A stretch of 64,000 nucleotides of DNA from Candidatus Latescibacterota bacterium (GTDB lineage: Bacteria > Latescibacterota > UBA2968 > UBA8231). Below, in pieces: positions 9,149 through 18,071 of this stretch. Numbering within the stretch: the stretch's first letter is position 1; each line of letters begins with the position of its first letter. The notes beneath the pieces are model-generated. The model searched no databases, was not told where the DNA came from, and saw nothing but the letters and a program-made list of their open reading frames with translations. The position numbers were made by a program, and so were the translations under genes. The stretch spans positions 1,024,001 through 1,088,000 of the forward strand of contig CBDETK010000013.1 of the NCBI GenBank assembly GCA_965242865.1, written 5' to 3'.

Positions 9149-10178
9149 GCACGACGCCGAGGGCCTCGGCCGGCGACTCCACGAGCACATCGACAGCCGC
9201 GGCAATGTCCTCCAGCGCAAACTCGTGGGTATAAAGCGGCTCGACGCAGAGCTTTCCGGCCGCCATGGCGCGCAGGCACTCGGCTAGGTTGCGCTGAGTC
9301 GGCCACTCGACCAAGACCTCGGGATACGCGGGGCCGCGCTCGTATTCGGGGTCGTGATAGCCGGGGCCGGTGCGCGCTGCACTCCGCACATCCACGTTGC
9401 CCAGCGCGGCCCCAAAGCCGTGCGCGACCCGCGCTCCGCCCACGAGGACGATGCGCCCCAAGCGATGCGTATCCGGCGCTTGCTTTAGGCTCTGGTACAT
9501 GGCGGCAAACGCAGCGCTGGCCTCGCCGCCAAAGGCCACGACGCCGAAATCCATGCCGTAGCCTCGGGTGAACGCCCCGGCCCGCTCGACCACGTCCTGC
9601 GCGGCCGGATCGACGACGTCCTCTACGCCCACCTGCCGGGCGATGCTGCGCCGACGCGCCCAGCGATCGACCCCCAAGACGTGGCAGCCGCTCAACTGGG
9701 CAAACTGGGCCGTGAACTGACCGACCAACCCCAAGCCTACGACGATCCCGTTTTCACCGTACAACGGGGCGGTGCGCCGCACCGCGTGCAATCCGGTGGC
9801 TGCCAAATGCACGGACGCGGCCTCGGCAAAGCCAACGCCGGCGGGAATGGCCGCGCACAAATTCTGCGGCACACAGGCCCAATCGGCGTGCAGGGCGTAT
9901 CCGCCCCCCATGCAGGCGATGCCCTGCCCCACCGCGAATTGCTCTACGCCCGCGCCGACCTCCTCGACGACGCCGGCGTTGCTGTAGCCAAAAGGACGCG
10001 GGGGCCGGTCGGGTTGGGGGTTTTCCCGCATGGCCCCCACCCGCCCTAGCTCGCTCCCCGGGCTGATCAACGACGCTTCCACCCGAACCTTTACCTCGCC
10101 GGGGCCGAGGGCGGGCATGGCTTCCTCTAGACAGACCCCTCGGCCTCGGCCGTCAATAGCGGCGACCTTCCGCTGCAT
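9129..10178 (-). CDS. Zinc-binding (MDR) dehydrogenase family protein
   Basis: SLISPGSE, FGYSNAG and GLGLVG motifs; GGAGG SD. Confidence 0.88.
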   Translation of the reverse strand: MQRKVAAIDGRGRGVCLEEAMPALGPGEVKVRVEASLISPGSELGRVGAMRENPQPDRPPRPFGYSNAGVVEEVGAGVEQFAVGQGIACMGGGYALHADWACVPQNLCAAIPAGVGFAEAASVHLAATGLHAVRRTAPLYGENGIVVGLGLVGQFTAQFAQLSGCHVLGVDRWARRRSIARQVGVEDVVDPAAQDVVERAGAFTRGYGMDFGVVAFGGEASAAFAAMYQSLKQAPDTHRLGRIVLVGGARVAHGFGAALGNVDVRSAARTGPGYHDPEYERGPAYPEVLVEWPTQRNLAECLRAMAAGKLCVEPLYTHEFALEDIAAAVDVLVESPAEALGVVLKPARR

Positions 10179-10273
10179 AAGCACCTCCCTGTTGTGCTGG
10201 TTGCGCCCCTACGGGCTGCTATATTACTTATATAATATACTTTAGGTCTATTGCACTATCGGGTCGAGGTCCT

Positions 10274-11041
10274 GTGAACGTCATCATCGCGGCACTGTTG
10301 GGAAGCATCCTCTTGGTTTGGGGCGGGTTTTGGATCCTGCTCCGCATTGCGGACCCCTTTGAGCGCAAGCACGTGTTGATCCTCGCCGCGTACACCACCG
10401 TCGTCGTCGGCTGTGTCACGGGCTTGGTGCTGTTTATCAATCACGAGCGGCAAAAGGAGCACCGCTCTCAGCTAGAGGGCCAAATGGAGGACTTCTCCGC
10501 TCGCCTCTCCGAGCTGAGCACCCGGCTGATTGGCCAGCTAGAAGAAAAAGCCAATCTGACCGCCTCTGAATTTGAGATCCGCACCCTGCTGCAAAACGAA
10601 AAGGACCACCACAAGCGCACCCGCAACCAACTCGCCAACCAAATCGATCGCAACAACGCGCTGCAAAACAGAATGGACGCCGAGCGCAAGGAGCGGCTGC
10701 GCTACCAAGCCGACACCGACCGCCAGCTCAAAGAACGCTTCGAGCAAGAGGACGCGCGCTACCAAACCCTCGCCGACACCCAAGCGCGTTCCTCGGCTAA
10801 CGTGCAGGCGCAGCTTGGTCAGTTCGACCGGGAGTTGACCCGCCTGCAAGAGCAAACCGCGGCCTTGCAGCGCAATCAGCAAGCGATTTTAGACAAAATC
10901 GCCGCGGCCCGCGAGACCCAAACGCTTTCGGCCCAAACCCTCGATGCCCTCGCCCGCAGCCTGAGCGCGCTGTCCAACGACTTCCACCAGACCATGGCGC
11001 AAGTCGATAGCCTATACCGTAGAACATCCCCAACGCCTTAA
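10274..11041 (+). CDS. Hypothetical protein: two N-terminal TM helices plus long coiled coil
   Basis: Two hydrophobic segments followed by about 190 aa of Q/E/R heptads; GAGG SD. Confidence 0.8.
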   Translation: MNVIIAALLGSILLVWGGFWILLRIADPFERKHVLILAAYTTVVVGCVTGLVLFINHERQKEHRSQLEGQMEDFSARLSELSTRLIGQLEEKANLTASEFEIRTLLQNEKDHHKRTRNQLANQIDRNNALQNRMDAERKERLRYQADTDRQLKERFEQEDARYQTLADTQARSSANVQAQLGQFDRELTRLQEQTAALQRNQQAILDKIAAARETQTLSAQTLDALARSLSALSNDFHQTMAQVDSLYRRTSPTP

Positions 11042-11050
11042 GGAGCCGAT

Positions 11051-11875
11051 ATGAAACGCACCCTCATCCCTTGCATCGCCCTAGTGCTCGCCGCCTGCAC
11101 CGATAAGGAGCAAGAGAGGCTCCTGCTCCAATTGCAAAGCGACATGGGCCGGGCCAACGCCGCCATTGACTCGCTGACGTACTCGCTCGACGACTCCAAC
11201 CGCTTGCTCGACGACATGCGGGCGCAGGTTGACAGCACCCAACAGGTGAACGACAAGCTCCTCGAAAACGTGCAAAAGCTCAACAAGGAACTGCGGCACT
11301 GGAGTAAACTGGCCACCGAATACAAGCAGAGCAATGCGCGGTTGAAGGTCGAAATTGAGCAGCTAAGGGAGGAAAAGCAAGGGGACCGCTACACCATTTC
11401 CCAACTGCGCTCCGAGACCGACCGCCTCAACGGCGAGCTACTGGAAACCCACAGCAGCATCCGCCGCCAGAGCGATCACATTCGGCGCTTAGAGCAGGAG
11501 TTGGCCCAGACTAAGGCCAAGCTAGACGCGGCTGAAGCCCAAATGGCCGTGCAAAACGCAGTGTTCCTCTACGCGGCCAACGAGCCCCAGCTCATAGAGC
11601 AGGGCTATCTCAGAACGCACCGCCCCTTTGGCAACGGGTTCCGCAAGCAATACGAATTGGTTAAAAAGATCCGCCGCGACAGCCCGGGCGCTCAAGTCGC
11701 GCCCATCGGCCAAACGATCGCCCTCGCTGGCGAGGTCGAGGCCCTCGTCGATTACTACGGCAAGCTCAGAAAAGGGGATGACTACGAAATGACGCGCGGC
11801 GACGCCGGGGTGCAGGTCACGTTCCTCAACGAGTTGGCCAGTGGCACGGGCGTCTTGGCGATCCTCAAGGAATGA
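11051..11875 (+). CDS. Coiled-coil lipoprotein with C-terminal globular domain
   Basis: Lipobox LAAC, AGGAG SD and a long heptad region. Confidence 0.82.
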   Translation: MKRTLIPCIALVLAACTDKEQERLLLQLQSDMGRANAAIDSLTYSLDDSNRLLDDMRAQVDSTQQVNDKLLENVQKLNKELRHWSKLATEYKQSNARLKVEIEQLREEKQGDRYTISQLRSETDRLNGELLETHSSIRRQSDHIRRLEQELAQTKAKLDAAEAQMAVQNAVFLYAANEPQLIEQGYLRTHRPFGNGFRKQYELVKKIRRDSPGAQVAPIGQTIALAGEVEALVDYYGKLRKGDDYEMTRGDAGVQVTFLNELASGTGVLAILKE

Positions 11876-11884
11876 GCTCGGCCC

Positions 11885-12304
11885 TCACCACGTGTGGACA
11901 TAGACGGCCGAGCGCACCTTTTCCCCGGCTTGGTTGGTCGACAGCAGGGAGTCGGCAAACGTCGCGTGTTTGGCCAGCCTCTCGCGGCTCCCCCCTTTGA
12001 GAAATAAATGCAAATTGGCTTCGGGTTCGGCGGCGAGGCGGCGCACCATCCGGCGAAACTCCCACTCGCTCAAGGGGCTGTCGATGGTGTAGCCATCGCT
12101 CGATAGCCCCACGGCCGCGCTCGTGTACAGCACGACCCGATCGCCCGGTTGGGGGTCGTGGCGATGCACCCGCCAGACCGGTTGCGTGGCATTGAGAATC
12201 ATAATGCCCAAGCTCAACATCAGCATCATAATCCCCAAAAAGAGTTCCTTGCTAATATCGTGCTCTTCGAGCTCGGCGTCTTGGCGCTTGAGATAGCGGC
12301 TCAC
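11885..12304 (-). CDS. Single-TM protein, divergent ExbD/TolR-like partner
   Basis: N-terminal TM helix preceded by acidic DISKE and a small periplasmic domain; lies directly downstream of the MotA/TolQ gene. Confidence 0.6.
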   Translation of the reverse strand: MSRYLKRQDAELEEHDISKELFLGIMMLMLSLGIMILNATQPVWRVHRHDPQPGDRVVLYTSAAVGLSSDGYTIDSPLSEWEFRRMVRRLAAEPEANLHLFLKGGSRERLAKHATFADSLLSTNQAGEKVRSAVYVHTW

Positions 12305-12318
12305 AACCCTCTATTCCT

Positions 12319-13104
12319 CTATTCCTCGCTCGTCCTCGCTCGGACCCAAGCGTCCTCCTGCCGGGCGAGCCGCTGGACCAGGTAGTCGGCGTGCTTGCGC
12401 AGCGGCAAGTACGCCAAGAGGCCGACGAGCGTGGTCTTAAAGGCCAAAACCAAGCCCTCGGCCATGGCGCTGAGGGCCTTAAAGGTCTGGGTCGCCTCGT
12501 CGATCTGGCTCAATTCCTGCGCGGTCAGCAGGATGCCGCAGACCGTGCCCAAGTAGCCGTACAGGGGGATTCTCGCTAGATCGCGGCGGACGTGGGTTAG
12601 CGGGGTGCCGAGAATGCCCACGAGTTCGTCCACCAGCTCCTCGTCCCGGCTCTTGCGGTCGCTGTAGCTGGCAAGCTGACGCTGCCACTCTGACAACTGC
12701 TCCATTCGCTTGCGGCCCAAGGTATTAGGGCTGGTGTCGCCGTGATTCCCCCAAGCCCTTTCCTCGCGGCGAAGGTGCAAACTAATGTGGGCCAAGCTCA
12801 ACAGATGGCCGCCCGCCGCCCACGCGATCAGCGCGTATGAGAGGCGGCCAATCCAAGCAAAAACACTCGCTGGCTGCGGGTTGAAGAACAGGTAATAAGC
12901 GGCCAACGCCCCGACGATACCCCCGGTCAGCAAACCGATGCCGCTGGCGAGGAACCGCAGGCGGGGCACGGTCAGGGAGTACTTTTCGTCGTGCTGGCGC
13001 ATGCGCCGGGCCCGGCGCATCTGCAACCAACTCGCGCTGACGCCGCTGGCCAGCACCAACAGAACGCTGCTGCCTAGGATTAACTCGTCGTTCAAGCGGT
13101 CCAT
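12319..13104 (-). CDS. MotA/TolQ/ExbB proton-channel family protein with extra N-terminal TM helices
   Basis: Core motif IPLYGYLGTVCGI...AMAEGLVLAFKTTLVGL. Confidence 0.85.
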   Translation of the reverse strand: MDRLNDELILGSSVLLVLASGVSASWLQMRRARRMRQHDEKYSLTVPRLRFLASGIGLLTGGIVGALAAYYLFFNPQPASVFAWIGRLSYALIAWAAGGHLLSLAHISLHLRREERAWGNHGDTSPNTLGRKRMEQLSEWQRQLASYSDRKSRDEELVDELVGILGTPLTHVRRDLARIPLYGYLGTVCGILLTAQELSQIDEATQTFKALSAMAEGLVLAFKTTLVGLLAYLPLRKHADYLVQRLARQEDAWVRARTSEE

Positions 13105-14294
13105 CCCTTCGCCCGGAAGAGCTTCCACCACTGCCGACTGACCACCCCTAAGTAGCACAGCAGGCCGGTCGCAATCCCCCACAGTTCCCACGGCACGCTG
13201 CTACCCCTGAGGACGCTCCGAGCAGCCGAGCGAGCCGCCCCCGCCCCGGTCGCACGCCCCTCGCCTTGGGTCGCGCCGCGGCCGGCCGGGGGCGCGTAAT
13301 CTCGCCGGCGGTCTGCGCCCCCGCGCACGGTGCGGCCTACGGCGCGCTGCGGCACCACGTGGGTCGCGCCCTTGAGGGCCTGCTTTTTGGGGAAAACCAA
13401 TTCGCGTTGCGCGGCCGGCAGGGATTCGGTCCAAGCGAGCAGTTTTTTGGCTGCGTCAATGCTTTCGACTTCGGCCAGTTTGTCCGCTTTGCCCAAAGAA
13501 AAAGCCAATCGCCCGCGAATGAACCCCCGATAGAGCACGTCCGAGGTCGGGCTGCGGCGGGCTTGGAGCTTGCGCGCCAATTCGTCGCGTTGCTTTTGCA
13601 GGCGCACCAACCGGCTGACGACCAGATGGGTTTCCATATTCTGCTGCTGCGCGGCCCCGCCCACGCCGGTGAGCGGCCGCCGGCGCGCCGCACGCGCCAA
13701 GTGCCCGGCGTCAAAGCGCGCCTCTAATTCGACCTCGCCAAACAGGGTCGTTCCCCAGATGACTTCGGCCCCGGGAATGTCGGGCAAGCTGTGGTTGTAA
13801 AAACGCGGCTCGGCCGGCCGGCCGGCCACCCGCCAGCGGCCATCGCCGGTGGCCAGCACCCGGCGCAAGCGGCCGCGGCCGTCTTGTAGGTACAGACCGG
13901 CCATAAAGCCGCTTTCGACTCGGTCCGTGTCCCAGCAATGGGCGCGTAGGACATTGGACTTGTGTAGGTACACCGCGGGAATTTCGACTCGGGTCGGGGT
14001 CAGGCGCGTTTCCCCGATCCGCTGCCCATTGAGGAACAGCTCGGCTTCGTCGTCGGCCCAAAACATCAGCACCAGCTTGGAGTTGGCCGGCAAGATGCGG
14101 GGGGTTCCCCGCCGCTTTGCCAATTCGCGCAGCTCGTCCCCCCCGTAGAGGCGAACCAGGGTGTCGATGCTGGCGGATACTTGGTTGTACTGGCGTCTGA
14201 GTGCCACCGCGTCATCGGCCGCCGCGGCCGCCGCCCAGCCGACCCCGCACACCGCCCACGCCAACCAACGCCCCCATCGCGCATAGCCGCTCAT
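13092..14294 (-). CDS. Exported protein with beta-sandwich (ADDxAELFLNG) domain and C-terminal TM anchor
   Basis: Signal peptide (AxA cleavage), a galactose-binding-like motif and C-terminal WGIATGLLCYLGVV. Its ATG abuts IS copy 2. Confidence 0.75.
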   Translation of the reverse strand: MSGYARWGRWLAWAVCGVGWAAAAAADDAVALRRQYNQVSASIDTLVRLYGGDELRELAKRRGTPRILPANSKLVLMFWADDEAELFLNGQRIGETRLTPTRVEIPAVYLHKSNVLRAHCWDTDRVESGFMAGLYLQDGRGRLRRVLATGDGRWRVAGRPAEPRFYNHSLPDIPGAEVIWGTTLFGEVELEARFDAGHLARAARRRPLTGVGGAAQQQNMETHLVVSRLVRLQKQRDELARKLQARRSPTSDVLYRGFIRGRLAFSLGKADKLAEVESIDAAKKLLAWTESLPAAQRELVFPKKQALKGATHVVPQRAVGRTVRGGADRRRDYAPPAGRGATQGEGRATGAGAARSAARSVLRGSSVPWELWGIATGLLCYLGVVSRQWWKLFRAKGWTA

Positions 14295-15277
14295 AAAAAA
14301 CCTTCCGTGAAACTGCTCGCTTTAGCGGGCAGAGGGATAGGAGTTGCTTTTTGTGACGGGCGCGAAAGCGTCCCTGAACAAAAGCAAATATAGCCCTTAC
14401 GTAATGGATTATCGATCACTATACTTAAGGGTATGGAAACGATACGCACCCTTTCTTGTAAGCTCGCCGTTCCCCATCCAATCAAAGATCGGATTGAGGC
14501 TACGCTTGAAGCGTTTTCCCAAGCCTGCGACTTCGTTGCGGATTGGGGCAACGAGCACAAGAAGCATCGTCGCTGCTGAGGATGCGCCCGCACCGCCTTC
14601 GGATGCGGATGTCAAGGCCACCCTCGGCGTTGATTTGGGTCTCCGTCACCTCGCTACTGATTCCGCAGGACACCAGTTTCAGGGAACAGACCTTGCTGAC
14701 TATCGTTCGCACCGAGCCGATGTTCGGGCTTGGTTGCAAGCGAAGGCACATCGGGGCACCAAGGCAACGCGCAAAGCCTGCCGCCGTGCCCTTAAACGGC
14801 TTTCGGGTCGGGAGCGTCGTCACCAGAAACAGATCAACCACGAGATTAGCAAACACTTGGTTTCCTTCGCATTGAAGCAAGGGGTGGCCATTGTCTTTGA
14901 ACAGCTCAAGGGCATCCGCGACCGCTGCCGGGTTCGCAAAGCGCACCGGCGGAGGTTGAACTCGTGGGCGTTTTACCAGTTGCAGCAGTTTGTTGAATAC
15001 AAAGCCAAGCAGGCCGGGGTCCGCATGGTCTATATCGACCCGCGCTATACCTCTCAAACCTGCTCGAACTGTCTGCATATCGGGATACGACGCCAAGATG
15101 ATTTCGCCTGCAAAGACTGTGGGCACCGTTCCCACGCCGATCTCAATGCGGCACGGAACATTGCCCGCTGGGGCCTCGCTGTAATCCGAGGCGAATACTC
15201 CCTGCTCTCCTGCCCGCTCCCAAGCGGCGGAAGGGTGGGAGGGTAAAGCGGACGGCGTTAGCTGTCAGTGCGATTAC
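14295..15277 (+). mobile_element. IS1341-type tnpB element, copy 2 (internal deletion)
   Basis: About a dozen differences from copy 1 outside the deletion; same TCAT target and TTAC right end. Confidence 0.93.
14433..15246 (+). pseudogene. tnpB: TnpB with a 338-bp deletion replaced by GCTGCT (frameshift)
   Basis: Copy-1 bases 1399-1736 are missing at 14572-14577; the RuvC/zinc-finger half is intact. Confidence 0.9.
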
Positions 15278-16044
15278 ATATTGGACTTGGATTGCCCCCC
15301 ATCGACATTGATGCAGGCGCCCGTCACCCATTGCGCTCGGTCGGACGCCAAGAAGGCCACCACATCCGCGACCTCCTCTGGGGAGCCAAAGCGGCCAAAG
15401 GGCAGGTTGGCGTCGATAAAGGCTTGGATTTGCGCTGGATTTTCCTTCATCCGCCGCTCCCAGCTCCCTCCGGGAAAGAGAATGGAACCCGGGGCCACGG
15501 TGTTGACGCGGATGTTCTTTTGCGCTGCTTCAATCGCCAAATTGGCCCCCAAGCTGATCAGCGCGGCCTTGGCGGCATTGTACGCGATAGGCCCTCCGGT
15601 TTCGCGGCCAAAAATCGAGGCGATGTGGACGATGCTGCCGCCCCCGCGCGCTTCGAGCAAGGGCATGGCCGCCCGGCTCACCCGCACGGCCGAGAGAAAG
15701 CTCAAGTTGATGCTGTCGTTCCACTCGGCATCGTCGATCTCGACAAAGGGGGTCCACTTGGCTCCGCCGACGTTGTTTACGACAATGTCGAGGCCGCCAA
15801 AGCGCTGGTTGGCCGCGGCCACCACGGCGATCGCGCCCTCCGGCGTGGTCACATCGTGCGCGGTGGCCTCCACTTCGGCACCGCGGGCAGTTAAGTCGGC
15901 GGCCGCTTCGGCCAGCGCATCCGCGCCGCGGGCACAGATGCAAAGCCGCGCTCCCTCGGCGGCCAAGGCCGCGGCAATGCGCTTGCCAATGCCGCGGCTA
16001 GCCCCGGTAACTAGGGCAATTTTGTCTTTGAGTCCCAGATCCAA
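15274..16044 (-). CDS. SDR family oxidoreductase (stop codon supplied by the IS right end)
   Basis: TGASRGIG, NNVG, YNAAK and VDGG motifs; AAGGAG SD before TTG 16044. Confidence 0.93.
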   Translation of the reverse strand: MDLGLKDKIALVTGASRGIGKRIAAALAAEGARLCICARGADALAEAAADLTARGAEVEATAHDVTTPEGAIAVVAAANQRFGGLDIVVNNVGGAKWTPFVEIDDAEWNDSINLSFLSAVRVSRAAMPLLEARGGGSIVHIASIFGRETGGPIAYNAAKAALISLGANLAIEAAQKNIRVNTVAPGSILFPGGSWERRMKENPAQIQAFIDANLPFGRFGSPEEVADVVAFLASDRAQWVTGACINVDGGQSKSNM

Positions 16045-16045
16045 A

Positions 16046-17032
16046 CTACACTCCTTTCTCAAGGCCCGGCGTCAGCGCGCCGGGATTGGTCGCGAACAGT
16101 GCGATCAAGTAAGCCATGCACAACGCCAACAACACCAAGCCCTTCCAGCGGCTCAACGAATAGCCGTAGCGCATCAACCCGAGCATCGCCACGACGATTG
16201 CCAGCATCCACGGGAACATGAACTGGACCACGTCGGCCGGGACCACCAGCGGGTTGGCCAAGGCCGACGCGCCGGCGATCCAGCAGATGTTGAGGATGTC
16301 GGCCCCGAGGATATTGCCCACGGCCAAAGCCCCTTGGCCTTTGCCAGCCGCGACAATGCAGGTCGCGATCTCGGGGATCGAAGTGCCCAAGGCCACGACC
16401 ACCAAGCCGATGACCACGTCCGGCAGCCCCAACGCCTTGGCCACCACCGGGGTCGCCTCGACGATAAAGTGGCTGCTGACGACCACGCCGGCCAAGCCGC
16501 CGCCAAACAGCAACGCTACCCGCCCGAGGCTGCGCCGGGCGGCCTCCTCCTCGTCCAGCGCGGGGCGCGGCCGCTGCTTCTGCTCCCAGAACGAATATAT
16601 AAGGTATAGGACAAAAAGCCCGACCAACGCGCCGCCCTCCACCCGAGCCAGCGTCCCGTCGGCGGCCATGTACCAAGCCACTAGATCGACGGTGATGAGA
16701 AAAATCGCGGCCGAGCGCAGCACGACGCGGTCGATGGCAATGGCGGCGGGGGCAAAAAGCGCGGCCATGGGCAGGGCCAAGCCGTCGTCGTAAATGACCG
16801 ATCCCACGGCATTGCCCAGCGCCACTTCGGGCGAGTCGCTGAGGGCCGCAGTCACCGAGACCGCCAACTCGGGCGCGGTGGTGCCAATGCCGACGATGAC
16901 GATGCCGATCAAGATCGGGGGGGCGCGGAGATAGCGCGCAATATCAATGGCACCTTCGACCAGATAGTCGGCGCATTTGGCCAGCAGCGCGAAGGATAGG
17001 ACCATCAGGCCCGCGGCCTCCCAGATCCCCAT
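16046..17032 (-). CDS. Calcium/sodium antiporter (YrbG-like, CaCA family)
   Basis: Alpha repeats GTTAPE...GNAVGS and GTSIPE...GNILGA. Confidence 0.92.
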   Translation of the reverse strand: MGIWEAAGLMVLSFALLAKCADYLVEGAIDIARYLRAPPILIGIVIVGIGTTAPELAVSVTAALSDSPEVALGNAVGSVIYDDGLALPMAALFAPAAIAIDRVVLRSAAIFLITVDLVAWYMAADGTLARVEGGALVGLFVLYLIYSFWEQKQRPRPALDEEEAARRSLGRVALLFGGGLAGVVVSSHFIVEATPVVAKALGLPDVVIGLVVVALGTSIPEIATCIVAAGKGQGALAVGNILGADILNICWIAGASALANPLVVPADVVQFMFPWMLAIVVAMLGLMRYGYSLSRWKGLVLLALCMAYLIALFATNPGALTPGLEKGV

Positions 17033-17050
17033 ATTAGCTCGCGGTCGTCT

Positions 17051-17923
17051 TCACGGCGCATCTAGGTAGGAGGACAAGAGGCGCTCGGCGTTTTGGTAGG
17101 CGATCTTGTCAAAGGCGGCCGCCGGCAGCGCCAAGGTGCGCAGAAAATCCATGAGCTGGGCGTTGAAGCAGTCGCGGCCAAAGAGCAATTTGTCCTGAAA
17201 TTCGAGGAGGAAATCGCGGCCAAAGCTCCGGTCCCTTTGCAGGGCGCGCAAACCCGACCCGGCCGACAGATCGGCGTATAGGTTGCGGTACTGGCGCATC
17301 ATCGGGGCCAAGCGCCCATTCGGCAGCACCGGGCCGCTCGGGTAGCTCTCCTCGGCGTGGCGACCGTCCCCGGAAATATGCGCCCAAAACCCCGGCGCAT
17401 GGCCGATAAAGACCGTGTGTGGACAGGCTGCGACCGCGCGTTCAAGCGCGTCGAGGCTACCGCCGTACCACCAGTTTGGGCGCGGGTACTGGCCGCGGCC
17501 GTGGTCAATTGGATAGTCGAGATGGATCGTAATGGGCAAGCGCAACGCGCCGCACGCCTCGTATAGGCGCAGCGCGTCTGGATCGTCAAACGGCAGGCGC
17601 ACCTTCAGCTCGGAGGCGACTTGGATGCCGTGGATTTCGACCGCGGCCTTGAGCCGATCGGCCGCGTCGGGCCGCTTGGGATGCGGCATGTAGCCGAGGA
17701 CAAAGCGGTCGGGCGCTTCCCGGCCGACTGCGAGCACATCTTCAAAGGGAATGCCGACGCCGGTGGGCGGCAACACCGGGTGATACGAAGGCGGGTATTC
17801 ATCGGCCGGGACCTCCCACGAGAACAGCCACATCTGGTCGATGCCCTGCTCGTCCATGTTACGCAGGATTTTGGCGGCGTTAAACCCGTGCCAGTTGGGG
17901 TGATTATGCGCGTCAATGAGCAT
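17051..17923 (-). CDS. Amidohydrolase family 2 protein
   Basis: IDAHNH, FIGHAPG and LLFGRD motifs. Confidence 0.88.
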   Translation of the reverse strand: MLIDAHNHPNWHGFNAAKILRNMDEQGIDQMWLFSWEVPADEYPPSYHPVLPPTGVGIPFEDVLAVGREAPDRFVLGYMPHPKRPDAADRLKAAVEIHGIQVASELKVRLPFDDPDALRLYEACGALRLPITIHLDYPIDHGRGQYPRPNWWYGGSLDALERAVAACPHTVFIGHAPGFWAHISGDGRHAEESYPSGPVLPNGRLAPMMRQYRNLYADLSAGSGLRALQRDRSFGRDFLLEFQDKLLFGRDCFNAQLMDFLRTLALPAAAFDKIAYQNAERLLSSYLDAP

Positions 17924-17976
17924 TCGTTAATGATATTCGCATGGGTGAAAACTGTCAAGATAAGGCCAAGGGCCTT

Positions 17977-18015
17977 TTGTAATAATTATTCTTGATTAAG
18001 AATTATTATTTATTA
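17977..18015. promoter_or_regulatory. AT-rich tandem ARG-box-like operator upstream of argG
   Basis: AATAATTATTCTT-GATT-AAGAATTATTATT imperfect palindrome in an otherwise GC-rich context. Confidence 0.55.
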
Positions 18016-18071
18016 TATTTTTACGCGCCCATACTGTGCGTCCGCACTTTCTCCAAGGAGCAACCGCAACC

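Noticed and set aside
11885-13104. Zorya ZorAB or flagellar MotAB
   Set aside because: No OmpA-like peptidoglycan-binding domain in the partner, no long ZorA tail, and no zorCDE or flagellar genes.
14344-15246. 300-aa ORF as an intact TnpB
   Set aside because: Its first ~77 aa are an off-frame reading of the left end and tnpB start, joined by the deletion; the N-terminal TnpB domains are missing.
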